Below are positions 53,201 to 64,000 of a DNA stretch of 64,000 nucleotides, piece by piece. Source of the stretch: Orbicella franksi (lineage: Eukaryota); NCBI GenBank assembly GCA_964199315.1, contig OZ116706.1:27218001-27282000 (forward strand), written 5' to 3'. The position numbers were made by a program, and so were the translations under genes. Below the pieces are notes generated by a model. The model was not told the origin of the DNA. It saw only the letters and a program-made list of their open reading frames with translations, and made no database searches. Positions within the stretch are counted from its first letter, which is position 1. Each line of letters begins with the position of its first letter.

Positions 53201-56200
53201 ACTTCACCTAAGTTCCATTTAGCTCCAGAAAACATTCTTGGAACATAAAAACACAGTAGTAATTTAATAAAAAGTGAACAAGTCTATTAAGGTAACAGCT
53301 GTTGAGCAGGAAATGATGGCATGGTTCACAAATGTCAAGCATTTACTGAACATTACTTATTAAATTTACACTTTGCACCTGTTTTGTGTAACTCTATTTA
53401 TAAAATGGAAAAATCTTCCAGAGAGCTCATTAGAACAAGAAAAAAAAGTCAGCAGATTTATTGTCACAAAGATAGCAATACAGCCTAGAGTATTAATTTT
53501 GTCATCTGTGCAACTAAGAGGAATAATTTTTTGTATCATAACAATTTTGTTGATATTTAAAGTGAAAACAGAATTGAGTTGTTGCTGAAGTTAAAGTGCC
53601 TTTTTGTTTGAAAACAGACCTGTTCCTCATAGAAACAGGAATTTCTTGTAAGAAGTTTAATTATTCTGACCGATGATCAATAAAATTTGTACAGTATGTT
53701 AACACCCACATGTGCTAGCTGTTTCATGACTTCATCCTGGCTGTTTTGTAGGGAGCTTTTCAATGCAATCCAGGGGGGAAAGAATTAGCAAATAAAACCA
53801 ACCATGCATGTAATAAACACAGTTAATAAAAGTGGCAAAAGGAGGAGAGTGTTAAGATCCAAACGGTTTCTAAATTTAGAACAAAACTTTGCTTGCAGCC
53901 CTCAATTAAGAGCTTAATAGCTCAAATTAAGACATTGTTGGCTGTGGGAAGGAAAGAGTTTTAAATGGATCTTAAATGATGGGAGGGTTTTGGCTATTTC
54001 TGTGCAGTAGATTTCCCAGGTGATAAGGCAGTCTGCTCATGAAGTCGTGCTGATTAGTTGCCAAATATTACAAGCCTTTTGATTGATGATGTCGATGTTG
54101 ATTTCCATAATGTTTCCTGTCTGTGGTTTGTTTCTTTGTTGTCAGTAAACAATGTTGTTAGATATGTTGTGGTGTTCAGAAGAATCCTATACTTCATAGT
54201 TAATAGGATTGCTTTTAAATGCTCTGTTCCAATTAAAATGATGTGTAAACCCAAGCTTTGATTTGTTTCCCTAGAGATTTTGCTGTCATCTGGACTATGC
54301 ATATATTAAATACAATTTTATAATGCTAATGTAAATTCACTATACAGGATTAATTGCCATACATGTACATGTTAGTTTGTACAGTAGTTTCCTTAAGAAA
54401 AGAAAACAGAGACAATTACTCCATGTCACTGCAGTGGAATCTACAGTTTTTTTGAACCTCCATGGGAAAAGAAAATTGGTTTGAAAAACTGGGTTTGACT
54501 CAGTGGAGGGGAACAACGTTTGGTTTGAGTTATTGGGATGTAAGAAAAATAGAGGGTTTGAAAACTTGTGACTCCACTGTGTTCATCAAAAGGCACAAAT
54601 TATGAGGACAAGTTTTTTAAGAAAATTTTATCAGCACTTTCCTAGAGAGGAAAATAGACATGTACATATGTGTATGAAAGCATATTAATAGTTATCGGTT
54701 TAGCATGCATTGGATCAATGACATCAACAGAAAAATATTAACTAACCAGAGGAAAGTCTGGATTAAAGTATTCCATTTCCAAGGCCAAGGTTCAAGATCA
54801 CCAGTTGAAAGGAAAAATTAGCAACATGTTGGGAAAAAAGCAACTGTTGATCATTTCTACTAACAAGTCTAAATTACTGAAGTGATGTAACCTGCTGAGC
54901 ATTCTTCATGTAAGTAACATGAAACTAAATGAAAGGATTCAGTTAAACTAAGATTAGTTGGAATTCTAGATAAATCCTTATTAGCACTTTATCTTATTTT
55001 GGCTTCGAATTGCTGCAAGTACTGTTGACATTTTGCCCATAGTTACGTGCAACATCATATCTAAGAAAAAAAATTACTGTATTTTAAAAAAGGCATTCAG
55101 AAAAGTTAGGATGCATTCAAAAGTAACTGATGTTTGTATTGCCAGGAACAACTCTTTCAAAATAATGCCAGCTGGAAACTTGATGTTTTTTAATAGGAAT
55201 ATTTGTCGTATTTCTCTCTCATTTTTAACAAAATCACTTATTATATTTGGCATCTATCCACTTTGGTGAGCTTTTTTTCATTTTGTTATTAGTTGATACC
55301 AGTTTGTAGCAAGTCTGATGCAGCTTTTTGACTCAGCCAAGAGACTCTTCAAAGTCTTTTCAGAATTTAACAGCAAACTCATTGAGCATCATGCTCAGAA
55401 ACTTGCCACAAACTATTTTTTCACAAGTATTTGACAATTTTTTTCCTTGTATAGTTGATACCAAAAGAATACATTTCTGTATCAGTTGTGCACATTAAAG
55501 GAAACGAATACCAGTTATATGTGAATGAATGATGCTTTCAAGTCTTTTGCAGTATTTTTTGTCATTTGAATGTCGGTTTTGGTTGTACCATATAAAAGGA
55601 ATATAAATAATTATACGTTTTTAGAAGTGTACTGTGTCTTTATTTGAGGTAATAGGCTCTTACGTATATAATGCTTTGCTTTTTCTCTAGGACCTGAGAG
55701 CTCATGTACTGAAAAATTTGCTGGACACGGAGATGTCTTATGTGCAGAACCTTCAGTTCCTTGTTTCGGTAGGTTTAAATGGTATTAGTTATAATAGATA
55801 GAAAAGCTAAATTGTGATGTATTTTCAAAATTTGGTAGCTTATCAGTGCAGTCTGTGACCATCAATGTTTAAGCAACTGAGAGTATTTCAGCTCAACATA
55901 ACCCCCATACCTCTACAAGTCCAGTGCTTTTACTCCCAGGATGTAGAACTGCACCATGAGAGTAAAATAATTTCATTTCCCCACCAGTAACAGAAAACAC
56001 GAGTTTCTCCTCCTTGTCATCATTTAGAGGGGATAATATTAAATTATCAGCTTGGAAAATGTTATATGATTGTCTAATATTAACTGGTGTTTTTTATCCA
56101 GCTTGTTGAATTCACATGGTTTATAAAAACCAGTTTGAAAAACATGTTTAGTACATACAATATTTATTTAAATGCCTTTGTCTCTGGTTGGAAAATAATA

Positions 56201-59200
56201 TTTACAAGCAAATTAATCAATCTAAAACTTATTTGAAAGTATTTTCATTTTTCGTTTTGAAAATTGGTTGTGGTACAGTGCATTCTGTACTTGTACGAAA
56301 TATTTTGTAACAGGCTGTATTCTCTAAATTTGAAAAGATTTGTTTTTAAACATATGAAAAATATTTGTTAGAAGATTAGGGATAGAAATAATGAAAAAGA
56401 CAAAAACAGATTAGAGGATTCCTTTTGGGTTCACAGATCCTATAGACCAGGTGTTTAAGCAATAAGAGATAAATAGAATTTATCAGAAAAGAAACATGCA
56501 AACAGTAACTATGAAAGATCATCCAGTGACTTCAAATAGGTGAAATTGCATTATTCATCTACAATAGCTGTATGAAAGTTTTGAAATGATTATAAAGGAT
56601 AGTGACTTATACTTGAAGCCACATTGAAGGAGGTTGCATTTGCCTTTAAACAGAGTGTAATCCAATTACAGGCACATCTCTTCACTAGAAAAATTTAAGC
56701 CAAAGTAGGTATTTTGAAGATTAACATGCATAACCAAGACGCTTGACAACTGTTGGCCTTTTAAGCTAAGACTGGGATCGTTTTAATTAAAAGAATTTAA
56801 CCTCTCGAGGATTTGTGTGTTAAGAGGGAAGATTTGACTTACTTCAATGATTATCCTGTTATTATTTTAATGGTTAATTGGTCTTATCTTAAGATAGGTT
56901 TCAAACAATTTTCCTAAGAAGGTCATAATGGGCTTTAAGTGTATAAGCCTATTTTTAGATAACAGATTCCCAATTCTTGTGATTTTCCAAGACTAAGTAT
57001 AATTGAACTTTTGATTGGCGTTTTTGGTTAACCTGAAATTGTAGACAGGGATAACAAAATGTTGTTGGAGATATAAAAACTATGGATTGACTGTTATGAA
57101 AGAAATGTGTCTTAAATCACATGATTTTGCTTCAAAATGAACCTCTGTAAGAAAACGTGTTGAGTCATTGATTACAACAAGGTTAGAATACCTGGAATGC
57201 CACTCATTGTGAAACACTCTGGAAGGTGAAAGCTAAAGAGTATTGTATTGCAAATGGGATGAGAATTGAAAAGATTGATAATGGATACCACAATTAGCTG
57301 AAGCTCTCTTTACATAAGTGGTCATGCAATCCCCTTAAAGAATGCTACCGTTGCAGGAAATTTTCTTATTTAATGAGACCTTACGTAAACCTTCAAACTG
57401 GTGTTGTTTGCATTGAAAATGGCTCCTATCATTTTCCTTGTGTTTGGATGCTCTGAAACAATTAGCATTATTGTCTGCCCCTCAGAGTGTTGGTTATTTT
57501 GTTTCCGTTTGCAGAGTGAAACCTTTGTCTGTTTGTTCCTTGCATGTCTTCATTTCCTGTTGACATTACAGGTCTACCTCTCAATTTGTTTTGTATTGTT
57601 TTCACATTATCTAGTATGAACTGGCTTGAGAGCTGGGAAATGACTAAGTCAATGAACATTGCCAATCGAACCAAAAATGCGGAACTCAACCACTGTTACC
57701 ATCAGTAAATAAGATGCTTTGATTGAACTGCTTTTTCCTGTGTGTAGTCATTGAGACGTTAGAGCAAAATGGTCATTGTGAACTGAATGCTTTGAATTCT
57801 TGTGGCATTGGTGTTACTTTAAAACACAATCAGTAAACCTTGTTCTAAAAAACATCTCTGTTATTAATATACTTCAACTAAGTTCTTTGTGGTTTGTAAT
57901 TGTCACTTTTGTGTAAATTGCACAGAAAACTAATCTGCTAGCAGTAAATCAAGTGGGCAAAGTGAATTTTGCTTAGAGTTTTTTTATTAGTAAGGGGGAC
58001 ATCACATTTAAACACGTCAATCATGTATTGAATTTGTTTACAGCAACCATGTCAGTACTCTTATCACAGTGCATTTTTTGCAACTTTTAACACATGTACA
58101 TGTGCACACAAGGACAGATGGAGCACTTAGCCATGGACCATTTCGAAACACCTTTTCTAGACAGTACTAATTACTGTCTGAATAAATATTGACCTATAAA
58201 TAAGTTTCACTAGTGATGTCCTTATGTGCGAACATGCACGAAGCATTGTGACTGATGAGAGAGTGAATAAATTACACTGAAGACTGAGCACTAGCCATGG
58301 ACCATTTCTAGACAGGAATAATTACTGTCTGAATAAATATTGACCTATAAATACATAGCACTAGTGATGTCCTTATGTGCCAACATGCATGATGCAGAGT
58401 AACTGATGAGAGACTGAATAAATAAATGTTGCCCACTGAAGTTTTCTGATTGAGGAAGTACTGCGTAGCGTTAATGCGTGGAATAATGTGCAAAGTGTTA
58501 GGACTTCTAGAATACATACTAATTGTGCACTAGTCTTGCATACAGGTTTGCGTGTGGGTATCGCGTGAGTGCCAGGCCAAATGGTTCATTTTTGTTTTCA
58601 TTTCCGTCACCTTTTGACCAATGACATTACATGCTGTTTAGAAATTTCATACCTATTTATAGACATATCAAACCTTGATGGAACTGTGTGTCATTTCTTT
58701 ATCATGGAAAGTTTTAACAAAATTTTGCAGTACATGAAGGTCAACATTTGAAATAAAAAAAAGTACCATATATCACATATGGTATACTAGTTATTGTAAT
58801 TACGGAATATTTTTATCGCGTTTTCAATAAAGTGAATGATGATGATAACAATATATTACTAGACTAGTCTGTTTGGTATAATCACAGAGAAACCTTGACT
58901 GGATTTAAGCACTTTAGTACATACCCAGAAACCTTCACACGTCTGCTGCTGCAACCCAGCCCTAAGCCTGCTAACAAATCTGGGTGCCTGCCAGTTAGAA
59001 ACAAAAAATAGGCAAACAAGCAAATTTAGAACATAACAGTAGCATATCAAAATGCTTTGCTAACACTGATGATACCATGGCAATAAGATTAATTTGCTGC
59101 TTCTCTTTGCATGATTTATGATATATTCAGTTGCATTTTTGATGTGAATTGCTTTCCAAAAGCAAAAGATCTGCCTTACTTTAATTGTTAGGAAATGGAC

Positions 59201-62200
59201 TGGGTACATTTGCATCGGGTAAATTTGCACGTTTTGCTTGAGGTCTTTATCGGTCGCAAGTAGGGAACCAGTCTGGGTTCATTTGCCATAGAAAAGTGTT
59301 AGAGATCAGGGACCGAGTCTTACATGTGAAGTAAGGGTTCACTATATCAGAGAACTTATTGATTTTATATGTGTGGTTCAGCATTGCAATCGTCTATCAT
59401 AGCATACATGACATGGGACATTTTGCTCAAATGGGTTATTGTATACCCATGAGGAGGGGAGGGGAGGGGGGGAGGGGGACTCCCTTGTGAAAAGCTTGAG
59501 GATGCTTGTTGGAAAATTTGAATTACCAGTAAATCCCTAAAGGAGACCAATCTGAGTATAGCTCAGGCTTAGTTTGATCACTAAAAGATACCACTTTAAA
59601 ATGGACATGACAGCATTTTCTAATTATTTCTTTGTGTGTAACTCTAAAAGATACCCTGATAGCTACAAATGGCGGCATTTTGTCCTGAACATCCTAAGCA
59701 AGACCAAAATCTGTGATTTACACTGCTAAGCAACACAACAAGCACTCTGACTTTTCCACATGGGAGACAACCCCAACCCCATCCTCCCCCCGCTTGTACA
59801 TGCCTGTAATTATTTATTGCGTTATCTAATAAAGACTTGTCTAGGGGAAAGTTTGAATTTACTGACCTAAATCAATATTGTCTGATCATTCTGACAGAGT
59901 TATTACAAGGCACTCAAGAAGCAGGAGAATGCTGGTATAGTAGAAGCTGCCCAAGTGGATGAGATGTTTTATCAGATCCCTGAAATCCTGCTGTGTCATG
60001 AGTTTTTCCTTCAGCAACTGCAGGGCAGAGTGAATGAATGGCATGACAAGCAAAAGATTGGAGATATCTTTGTTTCATCGGTAAGACATTGTCAAAATAA
60101 GCCATTAGTAAGTGTGCACTCAAAGCTGTGGCGACAACTTTCTGTACATGAAACTTCAACATCAGTGACACACTCAGCTATCATCTTGTGTGCCACTTTT
60201 TTGTCCTTACTGCATTTTCACATCATCTGTTTTCTATTAATGGACAGCTACTGGCAACATGGAATCTACTTGTAAAGCAGTTTTTTTGTGATGGAACACT
60301 TGACATTTTCTCTTTTTTTGTTTCTAGTTTACCAAGTGTTTTCTGGTGGATGCCTACAGCGCATTCATAAATCACTTTCTGCAAGCCAGAGCTGCTGTAA
60401 GGGTAGCCACAGTAACCAGGCCTGCTTTTGTGCGATACATGGAGGTACTGTTAAAAAGCATTTCAGTTGCTTTATTGTTCAACTACCTAACTACTTTTGT
60501 ATAATTCCTTAAGCCCAATGAATGATGAATCTCACAAGTGCATGCTTATTTCCAGCAATGTTCCCGAGATCACAAAGAAAAACTGACCCTTCAAGATCTG
60601 ATGATCATGCCAGTGCAAAGAATACCAAGATATGAACTAATACTGAAAGTAAGTAATAATAAGAACATGGTCAGTGTAAAACGCAGTCTACAGACCCCAG
60701 ATTAGACTGCAGACCAGGGATAAAATGCAGACTGAGGGAAAAATGCAGACCAGCAGTAAAATGCAGACTGCAGACTACAGACGTTTTAAGTATGTATTGT
60801 GAATTATTCAAGCTAATCACTGTGAAAGTCTGCGCTCTGGTTAGCCTGACTATCACTCCTTTTAGACTGAATATCACTCTGTTAAGCCTGAATATCACTT
60901 AGGTTAGCCAAAATAATACTCCGGTCAGCCTGTTCACAGTTAGCTCTCAATGATGGAAATGTAAGCGCTATTCAGTTAAAAAGTTTATGGTGTACAGTCT
61001 GCATTTTTCCCCTGGTCTGCAGTCCGCAGTCTGCGTTTTACACTGATTGGTTAATTACAGTAGTTCTACATTTTTTCTGTATTGATGAATAATATGTAAT
61101 AAATTTTATTTTATACTTGAACTTTACTTCATAAATACTGCTATCAAAATTTAGCTACATGTTCCTTTTGAGGGAAAAACAAGCTCAGTGGAAGGTTTTT
61201 TCATCTCCTATTTCAGGACATGATAAAACACACTCCTCATGATCACCCAGATCATGGAAGTCTTCAACTAGCTTTGGGAGAGATAAAGACGCTAGCCGAT
61301 AGAATGAACCGAGGAGAGAAGGAGGTCGATCAAGCAGAGAGGGAGGCTGAGAGACTGCGTGATCTTGAAGCAACGATTGAAGGGATGACAAATGTAATTA
61401 TGAAACATTGTCTTGTTTTGTATAACTTGATGTCTTTAGCATTCATTTTTCTGAAGAATTAGCTGTGCTAAAAGCTGCATGTAGCAAAACAAAGATGTAG
61501 CAAGCAAAGATTTTAACATTGAGCAGTTCCAGAAAATATCTATACTCCCACCACAGAAGGGATTGGAATTTCCTGGGAGGTTGAGGGTTCTGTAAGACCA
61601 AAAAATTTAAAGAAATGTAGGAAGCTTAATTGAAATTTCCAGAGTGGTGGGGGGTCTTAGGAAAAAATCCTTTCCATGAGGAGAGGTATGGATATTTTCT
61701 GCAACTACACATTATGTGGTATAGGGATTACAACTAATAACATATTGAATAAATAGGCCTCCAAAAGCACAATTATTACATCTTTAAATATTTAATTGTT
61801 TACTTGGTTAGTTACATGAATTGAGTTAATTTTGAAATGTTTATTAAACGAAAGCTATTGTTTTTACAGCTGGTGACATCCACACGGCGGTTAATCCGCC
61901 AAGACCTGGTTGCTGAAGTGGTAAGACAGTATAAAATTAGACCTTAATTATGACAAATTGTGTCTTAACTTAGGTATACAGCTGAACCTCCGCTAACAGA
62001 CACCTCCTGTAGGTGAACACCTTCCATAAGTGGACACATAAGTAATGGTCCCAGCCACATACAAACACTGCATTTTTGACCTCCCATAACCGGACACCTC
62101 CCTTAAGCAACACTTTTTCTCGTTACGAGGGTGTGCTTATGGGATGTTTGACTGTATTTTGCCTTGTTTTAAACATCAGAGGGCTGACTAAAAATTTTAG

Positions 62201-63745
62201 GAAACAATGAAGTACAGCAGCTATGTCCGATATGCTCACCTACAGACTTAATAAAAATGTTAGTAGAAATGTTGCCTTCATGTATCTCATGGATGTTTAT
62301 TCTAACAGAAAGGAACAATAACCAAGAAGGACCGATGCCTATTCTTGTTTAATGATATGCTGGTTTGTGCAACTGTCAAGCGAAAGGCTAATGCTCTCAG
62401 ACGAGGTTCACTAAGCATGTAAGTTGATACAGTATATAGATTTTATGTTGATTAAAGGTCATGCTATGTAGCAAATGAATCAAGGCAAAATTTGATGGTG
62501 GAATATAAGCATCAGAAACAAACAGCATGAGATTGTAACTAGAGAATACAAAAATATGTCCATGTAGGAAGTGTGCCAGTGGAATTTTTGGTTGATGTTA
62601 TTTGAGCTCTGTCCAACTAATTTCTCCATTGTTGGTTAGATTTTCTGGCTCTGGCACTGAATTCAACAAGTACAAACTACTCTGGAGACTACACCTTGAT
62701 AGTGTGGAAGTGTACAAATGTGAGTATTTTCTTTTCCAGCTAACGTCTTGTATCTATGTTCTAGTGGTGTAGTGTCAGCCTAATATTTATTTTACTGGGT
62801 GTAAGAATTTCAGCCTTGTGAAGCCCCTTTTTTCTTGACTAAAACACTTACATTTGAAACTCTCCCAAAAATGTTTTCCATTCAGAGGAAATATATACAG
62901 ACAAGAAATGTTGGCACAATTTTAATTTTTCCCATTTTAGTTTGGAAGAATCTGTGTCCTGTGCGGATTAATTAGTGTGCGTATGGTTTATATTGTGGGA
63001 GGCGCGGTGGCCTTAAGCGGTCTGCGTTTGAGCCATTGTGTTATGTCCTTTACTTAACTATCACATTGCCTCTCTACACTCAAGTGTATAAATGGGTATG
63101 GGCAAATTTAATGCTGTGGGTAACCCTGTGATGGACTAGCATCCAATCCAGGGGAGGGGGGTGGGATAGAAATACTCCTAGTCACTTCATGCCACTGAAA
63201 CTGGGATAAGCACCGGCCTGACGGGCCACTTACCTCGTATATATGTATACAGACTTTACCTTACCTTATATAGTTTATATATTATTATTCAAACTCTGTT
63301 GATTTTAATTTACTGCCTTGTTACTTTTGCATAGCATCTCCTGAAGCCCAGAGACGGAATAGTCTAGAGAAGCAGTTGGAGAGACTTGACAATGACATGT
63401 CTTTACTGAGCAAGATCAGTATCTTGGCTGACACCTTAGCAATTTCACATATGGTAAATATTGGACTTTTGAAGATCATTGCTTTTATCTGATTTTAAAA
63501 TAAGATTCTGTAAAATCAATTTTAGTAAAAAAAAGACTATTATAAGACTATTACAAATTACAAGGACCTGTAGAGTATTTTTATGTTGTTGTGAGGGGTT
63601 CAAACTGTTTTTATTTTGCCTTTCAGGCCCTAGATGGAGCTATTCGAGAACTGATGAATGAAGTCAATCGGCAGATTTCTGAGAAGCAAATCCCATTACA
63701 GCCTCCTACCTCCACCAAGTTAGAGCTGCATGTTACTCAGTCAGA
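47721..63745 (+). CDS. ARHGEF17: ARHGEF17-like Rho guanine nucleotide exchange factor (p164-RhoGEF/TEM4 family); 12 coding exons, 3'-truncated by the window end
   Basis: The spliced translation matches my recollection of human ARHGEF17 block by block. [18 protein letters not shown] ~ DMRKHVAMTLLDTEQSYV; [27 protein letters not shown] ~ [27 protein letters not shown]; [21 protein letters not shown] ~ KKDRSLFLFTDLIVCTTLKRK; [14 protein letters not shown] ~ PPTKLELCATRPE. All introns are GT-AG and all phases are compatible (4874 nt in total). Confidence 0.92.
51483..52735 (+). CDS. ARHGEF17: ARHGEF17-like exon 2 (acidic, low complexity)
   Basis: Pyrimidine tract + TTAACAG acceptor (phase 1), open frame, donor CAT|GTGAGT (phase 0). 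Confidence 0.82.
54432..54579. mobile_element. Tigger/pogo-like MITE in ARHGEF17 intron 2
   Basis: TIRs CAGTGGAATC / GACTCCACTG with TG flanks (decayed TA). Internal TTTGAA motifs fit CpG decay of TTCGAA. Confidence 0.6.
55691..55768 (+). CDS. ARHGEF17: ARHGEF17-like exon 3, start of DH domain ([26 protein letters not shown])
   Basis: TTTTCTCTAG acceptor, TCG|GTAGGT donor, 78 nt, phase 0-0. Confidence 0.93.
58121..58420. repeat. Two-copy tandem duplication (period 165 bp) in ARHGEF17 intron 3
   Basis: GAGCACT(T)AGCCATGGACCATTTC...ATTACTGTCTGAATAAATATTGACCTATAAATA...CACTAGTGATGTCCTTATGTGC...ACTGATGAGAGA.TGAATAAAT at 58121 and 58286. Confidence 0.92.
59446..59792. mobile_element. Poly-G/C-ended MITE in ARHGEF17 intron 3
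   Basis: Inverted ends GGGGGACTCCCTTGTGAAAAG / CTTTTCCACATGGGAGAC..CCCC; internal CTAAAGGAGACC and CTAAAAGATACC repeats. Confidence 0.7.
59898..60080 (+). CDS. ARHGEF17: ARHGEF17-like exon 4 (SYYKALKK...[21 protein letters not shown]...IFVSS)
   Basis: CTGACAG acceptor, TCG|GTAAGA donor, 183 nt, phase 0-0. Confidence 0.93.
60328..60444 (+). CDS. ARHGEF17: ARHGEF17-like exon 5 ([17 protein letters not shown]...RPAFVRYME)
   Basis: TTTCTAG acceptor, GAG|GTACTG donor, 117 nt, phase 0-0. Confidence 0.93.
60556..60648 (+). CDS. ARHGEF17: ARHGEF17-like exon 6 ([31 protein letters not shown])
   Basis: TTTCCAG acceptor, AAA|GTAAGT donor, 93 nt; carries the DH CR3 motif PVQRIPRY. Confidence 0.95.
60669..61048. 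mobile_element. MITE with CAGACTG-rich TIRs and an internal ~20-bp minisatellite (intron 6)
   Basis: TCAGTGTAAAACGCAG / CTGCGTTTTACACTGA TIRs; repeated (AAAAT)GCAGAC on the left mirrored by GTCTGC on the right; AGCCTGA(A/C)TATCACT units at 60840-60930. Confidence 0.8.
61217..61393 (+). CDS. ARHGEF17: ARHGEF17-like exon 7 ([13 protein letters not shown]...[10 protein letters not shown])
   Basis: TTTCAG acceptor, AAT|GTAATT donor, 177 nt; end of the DH domain. Confidence 0.93.
61520..61711. mobile_element. MITE in intron 7
   Basis: TIRs TGAGCAGTTCCAGAAAATATCTATAC / GTATGGATATTTTCTGCAACTACACA. Confidence 0.8.
61870..61920 (+). CDS. ARHGEF17: ARHGEF17-like exon 8 ([17 protein letters not shown])
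   Basis: TTTTTACAG acceptor, GTG|GTAAGA donor, 51 nt; start of the PH domain. Confidence 0.9.
61979..62154. mobile_element. Tc1/mariner(pogo/Tigger)-type MITE in intron 8
   Basis: TA|CAGCTGAACCTC ... GATGTTTGACTG|TA with intact TA duplication and internal GGACACC repeats. Confidence 0.75.
62309..62418 (+). CDS. ARHGEF17: ARHGEF17-like exon 9 ([36 protein letters not shown])
   Basis: CTAACAG acceptor, CAT|GTAAGT donor, phase 0-2. Confidence 0.92.
62640..62719 (+). CDS. ARHGEF17: ARHGEF17-like exon 10 ([26 protein letters not shown])
   Basis: GGTTAG acceptor, AAT|GTGAGT donor, phase 2-1; matches KYKMLWKLPL of ARHGEF17. Confidence 0.9.
62997..63267 (+). mobile_element. tRNA-derived SINE (internally deleted head, CORE-like centre) in intron 10
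   Basis: GGGAGGCGCGGTGGCCT A-box head; TGCCTCTCT..AGTGTATAAATGGGTA central domain; GATGGACTAGCATCC...CAGACTTTACCTTACCTT tail. Confidence 0.8.
63335..63453 (+). CDS. ARHGEF17: ARHGEF17-like exon 11 ([39 protein letters not shown])
   Basis: TTTTGCATAG acceptor, ATG|GTAAAT donor, phase 1-0. Confidence 0.9.
63627..63745 (+). CDS. ARHGEF17: ARHGEF17-like exon 12 ([21 protein letters not shown]...[10 protein letters not shown])
   Basis: CCTTTCAG acceptor, AGA|GTAAGT donor, phase 0-2. The next exon is not in the window. Confidence 0.9.
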
Positions 63746-63813
63746 GTAAGTAGGACAGAAAATATGTCTTTGATTTCTTGCTAAATCATATTATAATCAT
63801 GTTTCAACAGCCT

Positions 63814-63989
63814 CATGGGTTTCATTAACATTTTCAGAAGGAGGGCAAGTGGTTTTCACAGGCGGCTAGACTTTTTGAACTGAACGCCTTTATAACAAAA
63901 ACTTTCCTATGGTTGGTCAAACCAGGTGGGAAAAATAATCCTCTTAGCTGGTCAATTTTCCTGGTGCTGGGCCCTCAATGAAACCCCTG
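63814..63989. mobile_element. Small hAT-like MITE in intron 12
   Basis: 13-bp TIRs CATGGGTTTCATT / AATGAAACCCCTG (12/13 match). No clear TSD. Confidence 0.45.
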
Positions 63990-64000
63990 CAGCATGCATA

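Noticed and set aside
58212-58256. C/D-box snoRNA-like GTGATG...CTGA in the intronic duplication
   Set aside because: Imperfect C box, only ~45 nt to the D box, and no terminal stem.
1-64000. CRISPR arrays, prokaryotic operons, rRNA or tRNA genes
   Set aside because: None seen. The tandem repeats have only 2-4 copies without unique spacers, and the sequence is intron-containing eukaryotic DNA.

Overview
Eukaryotic genomic DNA, AT-rich with GT-AG introns. The repeat families look like those of scleractinian corals, though this is recalled resemblance and not a database result. No prokaryotic features, CRISPR array, rRNA or intact tRNA were seen. Two protein-coding genes are supported. (1) An intronless small PH-domain gene on the + strand (6082-6543) with a CRE/AP-1/ETS-rich promoter and a 3' region carrying AU-rich and Pumilio-type motifs. 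(2) The 5' part of an ARHGEF17-like RhoGEF on the + strand (ATG 47721). Its 12 phase-consistent coding exons run to 63745 and encode about 1624 aa: a ~1249-aa low-complexity N-terminus, then DH and PH domains. The gene continues past the window. The ~40 kb between the two genes holds MITEs, LINE/SINE tails, two-copy tandem duplications and at least two clusters of exon-like segments (about 10.5-14.4 kb on +, about 19.2-21.4 kb on -). These clusters look like decayed or lineage-specific multi-exon genes. I found no well-supported novel system. The best leads are the immediate-early-like PH gene, the cryptic exon chains, the uORFs of both genes and a TE-borne E2F-motif array.
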